Assembly (NCBI RefSeq): GCF_964204645.1
Contig: NC_134029.1
Coordinates: 21,136,950-21,200,949, forward strand
DNA from: Tubulanus polymorphus
Lineage: Eukaryota; Animalia; Nemertea
Length of the DNA: 64,000 nucleotides
Direction of reading: 5' to 3'
The translations under genes and the position numbers were made by a program. Below are positions 1 to 13,299 of the stretch, in pieces. Below the pieces are notes generated by a model that saw only the letters and a list, made by a program, of their open reading frames with translations, made no database searches and had not been told where the DNA came from. Position 1 is the first letter of the stretch, and the number at the start of each line of letters is the position of its first letter.

Positions 1-426
1 GAGAAGTAGAATATAAACCGACATGTTTATTCACATTTCGGAAATACGTATTTCATCTTCCAAAAGAGTTTGAATGGTCCAGTCATGATCGCATATAAAT
101 TCCACTGAAAGACCGTACGGTGCAGCCACCAAGTATGCGGATTCAATGATAGGACGGCTCCGAAAAATAGTACAGCGTTTAGTATCATTGTGTTTTTTCA
201 AGGTCGTTGAGCAAGAAATTATTCTGATCACATTTTATGTAAATATTGATACATATACCTGATTAATTGCGTTAATATTTGCTAAATGTGTTAAAATATA
301 AAATTATCGCGTAATTTTCATGTCATTTTATGAAATCATTAATTCAGTATGCAGACATCGATGAAGAAACTGATGAATTACCGTTTAAAAGCTTTTTAGA
401 TAGCGAAATCCAGAGAAAACGGAAGG

Positions 427-1793
427 ATGACACGTTGGGCACGGAGTGGAACCGCTAACACGAAAAAACCCTTGGATTCAACTCCTTGGTCCGATATGAA
501 AAAAGACACTGACACTTTGAAGACCAAGATGAAAACGTTTCAGGAAAAGGATGAAAGACGAGAGAAAAGGAGAATAAAAAGGATCAATAATCGTCAGAAT
601 AAAGTTGTAAGCAAAAACTACAAGTGACTGCAATGTTATGATATTCATGATGTGTCCTTTATGTACCTAACCTAACCATAACACTAGCACCACACAGTAA
701 CCTAAATACAAATGGTTAAATATAATTTTTGAAGCAGATTATGAAGTTAACTTCGTTATCTTTTTGTCTTTATTAGGTTTGTTTTAAATGTCGTAAGGAA
801 GGACACACGATATCAGAATGTACTGAAATCACCAATGATATCGAGCAAGGGACCGGTATTTGTTTCAAATGTGGATCTACGGAGCACGCCGTTGCAAAGT
901 GTCGAGTAAAAGTTCCTGCAGGTATCTCACTTCACCTGTCGATCTTGCGCTGTACATTGTTCATTTTTTAGACAACAATTTTCTACCCATTTCAGGAACC
1001 TTTCCATTTGCAAAATGTTTTATATGTAAAGAACAAGGTCATCTTTCAAACCAATGCCCAGATAATCCTAGAGGTCTTTACCCGAAAGGTATGATAATTG
1101 AATAATGTGCCATACGTATTTTGCGTTATTTACCAGTCATTTATGAAAGGTATTTTAAGTGTACTTAAGTGAAATGATTTATTTGCATTCAGGTGGTTCG
1201 TGCAAGACGTGTGGTTCGGTCGAACATTTCAATAGAGATTGTCCAGAATTACAGAATAAAAAAGGTAAGCATATACCATCCGGTGACTGATCCTAGGATT
1301 ATGTATTTAAGGTCTTGTGGTGTATAAAGGACGTTTTGATCGTTGATAAGGCATATTTGGAGGCGTATTACATAAAGCATTAAGGCGTCTAATTTGAAAA
1401 ATTTGGAGATGTATGAAATGCATCGATGATTTCCAAGAAGAAATAAACTTGTCCATCCTACCGATATTGCAGGAGAAGTCTATAAGATTCAATATACGTA
1501 ACAAGGCAATGAAACGTAAAAACATCTTAGGGTCTTGTAGGAGGCCCACAAGATCCCCTCCTGGTTTCATACAATTACGTTATTCAGCTAACATCTTTTG
1601 AGTCAGTTTCAGTTGAATAATATCTTAAAATATGTATCAAATTTATATCATTGTAGCCGTTGAGAGTGAACAGCAGGAAACTATTGATACAATAGACCTG
1701 AAACATCATCGCAGTGCTGATGAAGAGCCTGCTCATCTGAAAAAACCTAAACCTAAACCATTGCGGAAAGGCCCAAAAATTGTGAAATTTTAG
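427..1793 (+). CDS. ZCCHC9: Zinc finger CCHC domain-containing protein 9 (5 exons: 427-606, 777-921, 996-1088, 1193-1264, 1657-1793)
   Basis: The N-terminus is MTRWAR. Four CX2CX4HX4C knuckles follow (CFKCRKEGHTISEC, CFKCGSTEHAVAKC, CFICKEQGHLSNQC, CKTCGSVEHFNRDC), with the CPDNPRGLYPKGG signature and a C-terminal KIVKF. GT-AG junctions keep the frame. AATAAA lies at about 1799. Confidence 0.93.
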
Positions 1794-2110
1794 TTGTAAA
1801 TAAAATATCATTATAAAAAACTATTAAATTTTATAGTCAGTGGACGGTTTTTGTAATCATATTTTCACAGAGGCTCGTCGTTGCAGTTACGGGATCAAAC
1901 TATATACCCTCGACAGGGTTTCGAACCTGATGACATCGCTAGACTCGCGGCATCAGGTAGGATATTAACGAACTGCTGAACGAAGAAATAAAGCAGAGGA
2001 TGAGGACATAATTTTTATTTCGAATAAAAGAGAAATGTACATTATTATGAATATAATTGAAATGTATTGTAAATTTACAAAAATATAATGAGATAATGTC
2101 GCTGGATCAT

Positions 2111-5100
2111 CTATTTACGCCGCCTGTCGCTAGGGCTGTGAACGTTGCCTCCAGTTGCTTCTAAACTATCCAGGGAGATATCACCCAGGTCCAAATCACC
2201 CAGATCAACTTCCGAGCTATCAACCGCTAAATCATCTAAATCCAAATCAACTTGCGTGCTATCTACCGATATATCCAAATCTTCGAGATCGATATCCTCC
2301 GTATTGCTGGAATCGGTAGATTGGTCTGAAATATTAAAACAAATAGTTAGTTAAATTACTTAAATTGCCTATGCACGGAACCCTTCGTAGATAAGAACCA
2401 TAAGAAGCATAAGTAAAACTACCTTCGTCTACGTTATCTTTCGATGCTTCGTTGATCAGTACCGCCGGTTGACATTCGCAACCAGTCAACGAAGAAATGG
2501 CCAGGAACCCATCAGGGCATCGTAGTTCGGCGGCGCATAATTCGTTCGGGTCACTCTGCTGCTGCGTGTCAGTGATCTCCGTATTTTTAGTTCTAGCGCT
2601 CGCTAAGCGTTTGAACGCGCATCTGAAAGTCACTCGCAGAAAGCGGAATTTGAGTTAATTTGCTCCACTTAAGGCAGAATACATTTTTGAAATATACATT
2701 TCAATTGCTCACCTGCAAGTATTTTCATCGAACTTTTCATAGGTGTCACATCTGTATCTCTTTCTACAAACGCAAGCACATTTCACCGGATCCCATTCTT
2801 TCGCGCGGTCGCATTTCTTCGCCATCCAATTATCCTTGCATTGACATCGACATTCATTAGGTATGTATTCCTGTCTTGGATTGCAGTCAGTTTCGAGCAT
2901 GCGACATTGACACTGGCATTCGGTGTGGCTCTCGATGGCAACTTCTGATATTGTGGCAAACTCGAAACTGGACGAGCCCATCGCCGGATATTGGGCTTTC
3001 ATCACCTAGAAAAAAATTACAGTTTGAAATGATTATACGAAATGTACGATGAAACTAATCCACGCGATAACCAAAATAAAACAAATGGAATTTTCCTTGA
3101 TTTATTGTGTTTTTGTGAGACTATTTGTTTACCAGGATAAGTGTCCGATGTACCACAGTGGGTTACACTGCGGGATCGTAGAGCGACGGAGGTCACCGTG
3201 AATCCCAACCACTTCGAGAGCTGGGTGAACGTATTTAGTGCTGTGGTCCATAGCGCGAGGAATATGTGGGTAAGGTGCGTTTTCAATTTTGGAACTGAAT
3301 GGCCTGGGGCCCTCTCAGGAAAAGTTTCCAAAAAGGTACAATTCCCGTTAATCGAAGGTCTTCATAAATGGTTTGATGCACATGCAGTCGTAAGCGTAAT
3401 ACGTTTCAGCAAAATGATTTCTCGAAATCAAAAACCGCGGAACTTAACATTTTTACGAACTCCATGCTAATACGACGGGCAAATTAGTGAAAATAAACGC
3501 ATAAAATTATTACGAATAATTATCAATTTATCGAGTAAAAAAAAACTATTTCTATATACATAGTAAATCGCTGAAGCTGGTCCGACTTTGAATTGTTATT
3601 ATCACCTTGACTTTAGTTTCCGAAATGCCCACTTTCGGTTTGGCGACACATTTCAACATTTCATGACCGCAACAACCCCCGCATCTTCTAACCTTCGTAC
3701 AAGTGGGCCAGACGTACACCATCGGATTTTCGCGCGGTATTTCCACCTCAGTATCACGCGGTTCACAGGCGGCTGGTACCGCCAGTACATCCGCTAACGC
3801 ATCTAAATTAGATAAATTACAGTAACGCTGATAATATATATGCAAAAGAGTGCGTGAATTACCAAATAAATTGAAAAAAGTACCAACCTGCGGATGAGCT
3901 AGCCATACGATCATCACCTCCTAGAAAGATAAATTTCAGATATAACTTGGAACTCGAACTGAAAACTAGCTCGTAGAAGTCCTCCTATAATTAGTGCTTA
4001 CAAGTCATGACCTCAATCGTATATAATTACATTATTCGATAACTTTTCATTTATCTATTTGTCCAGAGAATACTGGCAACATTTGTCGCAATAGATATAT
4101 TTGCGTAATAATTATTCGCTCGTTATTAACCTCTAGCTTTAGATTAGTATCGGGTTCATGTCTATATATCATTGGTGTCGGCCATCAAGAACTCATCATG
4201 GAATCTATGTGCAAATAGTTTTTGCTGATAATTACCCGATGCATTTTTTGCTAGCGTCAAGTTCAATCCAGTGACTACAATAAAGAAAAAAAATCAATCG
4301 TATCGAATAGTAATTCATAAAAGGTAATGCCAAATCAAAAATTCACGAAAACTATAATATGATCTTTGCAAAAATGCATTGCCTCTTGTTAATTTTTTGG
4401 CAATACGTCTATGAGAAGTGGATAGGACAGAAAGGTGTAAGAGGTTAGACAGTCCTCGGAGTATGAGCTTTCCCGTCGATCAAAAGACCTCTGCCGTGGG
4501 ATATATTTGAAGAAATGCCTCCATTGATATTTGTTTACTTGCAAAGCTGAAACTCGAGACGGGTTTACAAATTCTTATCGCCGTAGACAAAATGGGTTTG
4601 ACGCGCGGAAGGAAGTGTGCAGTATTATCTTACATACAACACGAGTAATTAAATTAGAGATGTATACTTAATATATACATGTAAAACCAAACAAAGGATC
4701 GCGTATATAAGAATCAGGGGCGGATATAAAGGGGCAGACTAGTACAATGCTATGAAAAGGGTTTATAAAAGGGCAAGAAGAGCGGGAGCCGTACGCGCAG
4801 CGCCAAACGGGTTCTGGAAAATTTGGAAATTTCGGCGCGTCATGGGATGGCAAGGCGAATAGGCCAAAGTCGAGGACTTCGGCTTGAGCGGGCGGGAAAG
4901 TAATTAATCAAAAAAGCGCACGGAAAATGTAATGGGACGTATTAGTGCGTCGGACCGCGTTCCCGTCTGGATTCATCAAAATGTTTTTGCACTTGTCTGC
5001 AAGTTAAAACTTGATCCACGTGATTGAACTTACTTTGTTGAATATCTTCGGTTTTGATTTTTAAATGTTTCAGAAATTCTGCCGTACTGCGTATATTTTT

Positions 5101-5636
5101 CAATTGATTCAAGATCGACGCCCCGGGCACTGGTGGCGCATTATTCTGTAATGAAATGATCATTGAATGACTCGTGAAATAAACTATATATTGCCGTTCG
5201 TAAAAGACATAACTTTATCCAGCATTTCGTATTCAATGCACGGGAACACCAGCTCAGAGGGTGGACCCGTAGCTCGTCGATGCGAGCCTACGTTGTAGAA
5301 TAAAGTTTTGAAGTTTATAGAATTTGATAGTAAAAAAACTCTTGCTACGGTTACATAAGACATTGCGAAACTTGATAATAACTCGAAATGAACTGATGCA
5401 GCTATTAACGTATTGTATTACGGTACCAAACTTTCCTCTTGAAAATTGAACTTGTGCAACCTTAAACTAATTGTTTCAATAACCAATTATTGAGGAAACC
5501 CCATTTTACATCAAAATTTAATTAACGTTCTAAAATAAAAACTTACCACCGCGGGTGGTTCTTCAACATCGATTTCGATTTGAGCAAAACAGCTCGACAC
5601 GATCACCAAAACGATCACGCTTCCAAACTTGAACAT
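2111..5636 (-). CDS. PDGF/VEGF-family growth factor (VEGF-C/Pvf-like). Exons 5547-5636, 5034-5145, probable micro-exons 4236-4274 and 3888-3920, then 3606-3802, 2713-3005, 2423-2622, 2111-2325
   Basis: Signal peptide MFKFGSVIVLVIVSSCFA. Cystine-knot signature CEPR...WPTCTKVRRCGGCC...C...HTECQC. C-terminal CxCxC (Balbiani-ring-like) repeats as in VEGF-C/D. Splice phases are consistent through to TAG at 2111-2113. Confidence 0.88.
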
Positions 5637-8538
5637 CTCTTCGCTGTAAATGATTGGTAACTGCTGTCAGGATGCTGGTAACCGGAGAATATGGAGAGGC
5701 TGCTGATGGGGATGTTTACGTGTTTACGGGCAATGTATTCGATTTCGAAGAATAACTGATAGTACGCTTGAGAACTTTCAGGAAACATCTTGCGTAGATC
5801 TATTCGTCAAGGGTTTCCACGAAGGAACAACTAAAGTAGGTAAATAGAAAAAGCAACGAAAAAACGTCATGTCCTAATGAGAAACGGTTTTCTGAGTCCT
5901 CTGGAGTGCTGCGTGGAATCATATTCTATTTTCCAAATCACTAGATCAATTCACATTAGATGAGATGTTTAGAACTATCTGAATTTATTCATTCAAATGT
6001 GAAACTAGATACAATCTATAGTTGCGAACACAGGGACCTGACACAATAACTTTTTGACCCCGGTATCCTAGGTACATGATAAAAGTCTTTTAAGTACTCA
6101 GGATACTGGGGACAAAAACCTTTTCCCTGTGGTTGTGGTTGCGGCTGGATCTGGGTAGTTTGAGCTGGGAACCGTAAGTTATCCACTGTCGACATTTTGG
6201 ACTGTTGGATGGGTCCTCGCCAGAATCGGGGATAGATCACTGGTCGGGCTCATATATTTTTCATAACTCAATTTGATCATTGAAAATTATCCCGATCGTG
6301 TCTTTTCTTTTTTTCATTACTGTAGATCACGTAGTTCTTCTTAGTGTCGGCCAGCGATGCCGGTAGCCGGATCTAGGATTCTTAGCATTCAGAATAAACG
6401 AAAAATCAAACATATTTATGTAACAAATTTTATTTTCAGTATATAATCATACATATTCGAAGTGTTTCTGCATTATAAGATCAGTGTCTACACAAAGAGT
6501 TGAATGATTGAGATGTCCGGTTACAAAAACAATTAGCAATAAAAAATTGCTAAGCATCTTCTGAAATAATTAAGTAGCCATTGCACAGATATGACAAAAA
6601 CACACGACAAACTTTGCTAAACACCTATTTACAACACAACCATTTTGGATTTTGTCATAAGTCAGTTAGACGAAATCTACTGCATTTGAAACGAAGACAT
6701 TTACATAATAATTCAAACACTGAAATTAACAGAAAAAACAAGAGCAAATTAGAGTGAACGTATTAAATCATGTTTCAAAAGAAACAATACTGATTTTAAC
6801 CACAATCCGACCAAGTTCTAAAAAATATCTTATTACCAATGATTGTCCTTGTTCACTGAAATTTAGGTGAAAAATTCTTTTTAATGGAATCGCGGTTCTA
6901 CTTTAAGTTTAATTGACAGCAACTTCCCGCTGTGAAAATAATGTATAGACGTTTGAAATGATTATTACACGTAGCAGTCAATACTCTTTTTAGTCAAATA
7001 CTGTAGAGCTCTGTCCAGGTTCGTCAAGAACCGGTCGTTTCACTAACCTTGCTTTCAAGCCTTGCAGTTTAATCGACTTATACACGTACAATAACGATAT
7101 ACGATACGTAGTGCTTAATAAGGGTATAAAATTATTTACAAGATAAACAATAAAACATAAGATCCCTCGTTATAATAAAAGGAAACATATATACATTACA
7201 AATTTTGATCATAATTCCGAGAGTTCGAAAATCTACAAAATAAATCAATTTCAAGTGCTAAAAGTTTTTTTTTCATATTCGTCAATAAATTACGAGATTT
7301 TTTCCACACATTTCAATGATTTCCACAAGTCTATATAGCTAAATATATATGTATATATTAGGATTTATATATTAATGCACACGCTGGTGTTATGTTCACG
7401 CAGTAAGACTCTCTTGACTTGGTACGGGCGCGAATCGGAAAATTATGAATGAAATTTTCAGCACATTTCGAGGATTGCACAACTCAACATCACCAAGTAA
7501 AGCCGAGTCTACTTAAGGTGCATTTGTACGTTTCAATTGAGACAAAAGCTATCACTGCGAGTGGGGTATATTAATCATCATCATCGGTTCAACACATTGG
7601 ACGGATCTGCTGATACATGTCGAATGACAATCAACATCGACTACGACTAAATCAACCAGTGCCTCGCATACATTTGTACCTTTACGCCAGTCAGGGTCAG
7701 TCACATAGAACGCCACTAACTACTTTCAAAACTTATTGATTATTACATTACGTAGGTTTTCACCACATCCTGAAATAATATAATATCTAAATCTTGAAAT
7801 GCATCACCGGCCTGTGTCCGCCCATTCGCCCATCCCAATAGTAAATCAATTACTTGAGAAATATAGAGAATCCGAGAATTCCGAAAATGATACACACTTT
7901 CTCCTGTTTACTAGCATAATCACAGAGATCATAATTTCAGCAGAAAAATCAAACGTGAACTGTATACGTGTCCTCAAGCATGGAAGCTTAAATTGTCAGT
8001 AGAATGAATAAATAAACTAAACCATTAATTCTTCATTAGGCTCGATGTTTAGATCGTTGCAATTGAAGTCGATACAATGGTTCCCCCTAATGTTGACACA
8101 ACAACACCTTTACTTTCGATCAGAGAATAACTGAATAACCGTGAATAAATGTGTTCGACATTGGCAGATTACATGATTACTTTACAGAGTAAAATTTCTT
8201 CAAGTTCTAACTACAGTCATGTATTGATTTCGATCATTATGCCAACTCATTATGACTAAGGGTAAATATCATGTATAAGGCATTTAGATAGATAACAATG
8301 ATTGGTATAAAAAAGTGGAAGAATTACAAAAATCCTGTTTCAGCGCAATGTTTTTTATCGGTCACCTATTCTATTGAGAAGACTGCTCCAACAGGTAACG
8401 CTCAACCGATTTTGTTGATGCTGTCTTCCCTAACAAGAGTTTAATGTAGATTTAATGATTGATAGCAACTGTTAAGATGACAACAGCACAGGCAGATTAC
8501 TAGTTTGATGCAGGGGCGTTTCAGCTCGCGGATCCTTC

Positions 8539-11500
8539 TCAACAGAACGATTTACAGATCGGATTCTGTAATAGCAATTCGCTGTCGTGTGAAACGATCG
8601 GGATGTTATTATCTCTGTGGAATGACACCAGGTGGTTCACACTGTCAAACGTTCGATCTTTCGTCCTCACCTGCATAAATCAGGAAGAGAAACAGAATTT
8701 AGCGGATGTGGATCCATGATTTTCAAAGGGGGGCGGGGGGGGTGGTGCTCTGCTGAAAATTTAGTCTAATTTTCACGAACTCCGAACGTTTTAGGCATTG
8801 TTTTATCATCCCATATAATTAGAATTTGGACCCATCTCCTGCCACCACAGTACTCTGGAATTAGAATTTTAGCCAACAAGGGAATTTCGCTAACAGAGGG
8901 CTGCTCCCAAAGCTCCCCTGGATCTGCGTTCGCTTAATTTCAGCTTGATCGGACACTTAAGCAGTTAAAATACTCAATCCCACTTAAGCCGAATCAATTC
9001 TATCCAAATCTATGTCCTCGAATGAAGCAAATTAAATGGGCTTTGTAGCGACTGAAAGTCAAACATTATTACTCAATGAGATTTCTTTTATTTCTATGAA
9101 TAATAGTTGTTTGAGATAAAACACCATGCCTGATGATGGCTATTCGGATATCGGCCGAAACATTGCAGTGAATATATATATAACACAACATTTTGTCTTT
9201 TTTGGACTTGTGGCAGGTAATACATATTTATGATTAATACTTACCACTCCTTGTGGATCGACCAACAGTAAATGTTTGACTTTGCCATTCTGAAGTCCCG
9301 TCAGCACATACTGGCCTTTCGTCGTCGTACTTTCTCTCACTAGAAAGTCGCCGCTCTTTTTCAGTAATTCTTCGGCTTGTTTACGAGTCAACGGTCCGTG
9401 GAACCATTCTTCGTGTTCGACGTCTTCACCGATGGAATTTGGAGTGTTTTCGGATTTGATCGGATTCGCATCCGACGGAAGAGTGTGACAGAAAGGCTCT
9501 ATAATAAATAATAAACGAAGCAATTAACGAATAGCGTGCAAACGTTAAAATATAATTGATTTCCTATCCATGTATATTGAATCAATAAACATCTATTTAC
9601 AAAGATTTTCTCTTCTTCTCAACTTTCCACATACTAGTTAAGAACCAGCACTGATAAGAATTTTCATAGAGTGAATTACAAATACAGTCAAACCCGCATA
9701 ATTCGGATCAGTTTATTCCGGATTTTGATCTAATCCACGTAATACTTACAGCCCATTTACACATAAATATATGTAAAATATCATATTCAATCTGGATTTC
9801 TCATAAACCGGATAAATTTCATCGGTCTCAATTGATCGGAATTAAGCGGGTTTTACTGTAGATATGAAAGAATACTTGATGTACTACTTCAAATATTTTG
9901 CTTGAGAATGAATTAATGACTTACGCATGTCAAAGGGGTCGAGGGAAGCAGGAGGAGTCGCCATAGCACCAAATGAATCGCCATTAATCGGCCTCAAGTT
10001 TTTATTGTCGTATAAGCTGTCGTCGTGAAGATCTAAAGAATATAAAGCATGTTTTTTCCTGAGCGGAAAGTTTTTTCTCTCCTCGATATCGATCAGCGGC
10101 TATCACGAGGATACCTACCATCAAGATGAGGTTCAAATCCATTGAGACAATTGCCTTGTATATAGCGTTGATCATTGACGCTGGAATACTGTCCATCACC
10201 ACTAACCTAGTGTAAATATTAATTTGTGTAGTCAAATTACTACATAGTTAACTTGACAATCATTTTCGTTCTCTTTCTTGTTGTCGTTCGAAAAATGTTC
10301 TTGGTAGAGGAGCAAATTTCAAAACTCAGTTAATAAAACCAGCCCTTCAAATACACTATACCGTATTTTCCAACGATTAAGCCAACTCGGCCAATAAGCC
10401 AAGGGCAGTTTTTTATCACAGACCTGGACAATTCATATCCTTTAATGTGGTAGTTTGCACAAAAATTTTGGGAGTAATTTGAAATCAAAAATAATGGTTT
10501 GATTGAACTGGAAATTATTCTGGTTTTGGGATTGGTCGAGTTCTGAAAAGGGTCGAAACTATTCTCAAATGGTAGACATAGCCAGGTCCGTGAGCATTGT
10601 ATCAATTTAAGACGACAAGCTCGGAAATCATTTTCAACTAACCGGTAGATTACAAGATGGAGCCGAGTATTGAGGTAAAGGCGGAACTGGAGGGGGTATC
10701 TCAGGAGGTGGAACGACGCCCGGTCTATCGTTATAATATTCCGGATCTTCACCCCAAGCAGATTCACCATCCATCTGACGAAATACAGGCGCTTCCATTC
10801 TGAAAATATCGTAACATCTCATTAACAAACCTCAACCAGGGCTAAACATATCTTATTTCTAATCTCAAGTGGCTACGTTTTTCAATTTTCCGACACGTAC
10901 CTATCCGGAGCGTGGAATGGTTTCGGTTTTCCTTGCAGAAATTCTTTGAAACGTAATTCGAAAGCTTGACCGATTGTTGTGATGACGTCTTGAGCCAACC
11001 CTCCGCCGCATTCTAGCACGTGACACGCACGACCATGACGAGTATCCTTGGCGACGTACGAAACGAAATCCATCGTGTCCTGACGATGAAAACAATGATT
11101 TTCGTAATTCCGATTTCAAATATTCAATCGGGAGATTAGTTGGCGCAATAGTACTTACAGCATCGCCTCCGGAAGCAAATGATATACCCTGCATATGATG
11201 GTCCCCAATCAGCTAAAAGGAGATCAAAAAGTTGGAAAAATCTTCGAAGAAGTAAATTCCTTTAAATTTCAGTACGAGAAGGCTCTATGCCCGGCTGAAG
11301 ACTAGAAGCAGGGATTGATTGATAGATCTTAAAACTCTAGTGGATCATCGATTTTGTATTAATGACGGTAAATATTGTGGTGCAAGACCGTTTGGAAATT
11401 TAGTTGTTAAGATTAGGATTCTGAAGTTACAACCAGTGTAACCGCTAAACAATCACGAACCTCGCCAGTTTCCATGACGGTTAAAATCAAACTTTCAGTC

Positions 11501-12336
11501 GTGACGGTTAGATTAACATTCGATCCCGCGTACAACATGCTCGGTCGATCTCCGAGAAAACGCGTTACTTTCTTATCAACTTTGCGTTTTTTACTGGCCG
11601 TTTTTAAACCGGCGGCATCGCAAACTCGATGAATCGATTCCCTGAATCAGAAAAAAAAATAATTGAAATTATAGTCGAATTTCAGCCGTGTAGAAAATCT
11701 TAGCTACGGAATATATGAATTTCCTACTTGGCAACTTGAGTCCTGATGTCGAAATCTAGTGATTTCATCGAGACTTTTACTTCATTGCAGCCGATATACT
11801 ATAAAAACAAAATAGTTCAGAATTAACATGAAACTTTATAGAAAATTTATTTGACAATTGTTGTAATTAAATCCTTTTAATCTGTAACAAGGTGGATTTG
11901 CTTTTCCCCCAATTTTCCCTGACATGTACCGGTAGTTGTTTTCTCGAGTTTACCTAAGAATCCAATCCATTTAAACACAGTCAAATACGTAAAACATGAG
12001 TGAAATGCGTTTGATTATACACGTAACCAAAAATGCATTTTTGACGTAATCTAATTATCCTTTTTTTCCCCCGAGTTGTCCCCGAGAAGAAAGTTTTCTT
12101 AAAGAAAAGAAGATTCCCTGGTTCCCAGGTAAATGTAAATATACCCTGAACAAGTTTTATAAGTGAAAATTACTGATACTAATTGATTTACTTACTCTAA
12201 CACCATAACAAACACCGGCATTAGGAGATAACTGTTCATCGGGATGGAGCCATCCTTGAGCTGGTTTATTCATAAAACTCCCCGAAGCAGCAGCAGCCGC
12301 GCCGCTGGATTTCTTGTTCTTCTGTCTTGAAGCCAT
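8539..12336 (-). CDS. SHC1: SHC adaptor protein (PTB-CH1-SH2), about 10 coding exons from 12196-12336 to 8539-8670
   Basis: [15 protein letters not shown] and [13 protein letters not shown]...[33 protein letters not shown] match the Shc PTB domain. EYYND is the Grb2-docking motif. The SH2 domain reads [40 protein letters not shown] is at 8539-8541. Confidence 0.95.
8701..8933. mobile_element. Small non-autonomous TIR element (GCGGATCCAGG-type ends) in the last SHC intron
   Basis: The left end agcggatgtggatcca is an imperfect inverted repeat of the right end tggatctgcgttcgct, with a G-run just inside. It belongs to the same family as 51594-51856. Confidence 0.55.
9683..9860. mobile_element. 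Tc1/mariner/pogo-type MITE (TA-CAGT...ACTG-TA) in a SHC intron
   Basis: TA-cagtcaaacccgcataattc at the left pairs with gaattaagcgggttttactg-TA at the right, giving a TIR of about 20 bp flanked by TA. It has no coding capacity. Confidence 0.75.
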
Positions 12337-12386
12337 TTTATTGTCGACGATAATAACTGATCTCTGCAGAGAGAGAGAGAGAGATG

Positions 12387-12585
12387 AAATATCGATTCTC
12401 AAATTTGAAATTTAACTTTTTACTGGAAATTGCCTAATTAGGCCTACTATAGAACCCGGAAGAGTTGTAAATGTAGTAGGTCTATATAACTGATCCCTGC
12501 AAATATCGATACTCAAATTGAACTTTACTGGAAATGCCCACATGCAATTACTATAGAACCCGGAAGTATTGTAAATTGTAGTAAG
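12387..12585. repeat. Degenerate two-copy tandem duplication (period about 114 bp) in the SHC 5'-UTR intron
   Basis: aaatatcgat.ctcaaatt...aactttactggaaat...tactatagaacccggaag..ttgtaaat.gtagta occurs at about 12387 and about 12501. Confidence 0.75.
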
Positions 12586-13299
12586 AATAGATTTGACGCA
12601 AATTAATGAATCACAGCATTTTCGGTTCATTTTCCAGATTTTACGAGAAAGAAACAATTTCAAACCCGGCACAATAAAAACTTACATTTTCGGCCAATCG
12701 GATTACGATCTTACTTCAAAGGGAACAGCGAGAGAAACATGGCAAAAAGTAAGAAAATCGAAATTCTACGCCGAATTTTGTAAAACAGTCCTTCGAAGCA
12801 ATGACAGCGAGTTTGTTTCCGCCTTTTAGTGTTTACCATTTGCATAAAAGCTGTAAATAAAATCGAATTGAATTTACTTTATAGATCCCTGAGTACTGTG
12901 AATAAGCGCTAAGTTGTCGCTGCGCTTTAGCATTTGTTGTAGTTTTTTTTGTAAAAAGCTTGGTTTCACGGAGCTTAGGCGCGACTTTAAAGTCTCTTAC
13001 GATGATTAATATACAGTAGTTTAAGAAAGGTAAATGATTTTATGAGTCGAATAACGTTAATTCTGAGGTATCGGCGTCAGTTTTCAATCTGAAAAATGAG
13101 TACATCTTTCAATCACAATCAATTATTTTGTTGAGTACAATAAGGTTCAATCAATGAAGAAATTGAATCGATTTAGAGTAAAAACTTTTTTGTGAAACTG
13201 GTCCTTGCCTGCAACCTGCTGGTCGTATAGCTTCTTCAGTGATAGTTTTAGATAGAATCTCCTCTCAAATTCCTCGTGCCTGAATTGCCAGGAAGGGTA

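Noticed and set aside
922-995. ZCCHC9 intron starting GTATCT as a possible U12 intron
   Set aside because: It does not match RTATCCTT and has no TCCTTAAC branch site.
1905-1960. Hairpin cctgatg...catcagg next to a reverse-strand B-box-like GGTTCGAAACC between ZCCHC9 and PVF
   Set aside because: There is no full tRNA cloverleaf or A-box, and no SECIS apical AA or UGA-containing gene nearby. At most it is a SINE relic.
2145-2354. Ser/Lys-rich + strand ORF
   Set aside because: It is the antisense shadow of the acidic PVF last exon. The same applies to 21105-21407, 39362-39709 and 46108-46362.
6016-6240. 74-aa minus-strand ORF with QPQPQPQ between SHC and PVF
   Set aside because: It has a non-ATG start in the track, no recognisable motif and no convincing splice context.
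8521-8541. Second in-frame TGA five codons after the SHC stop (possible readthrough)
   Set aside because: The stop context is TGA-G, not the leaky TGA-C. The extension is trivial and there is no other support.
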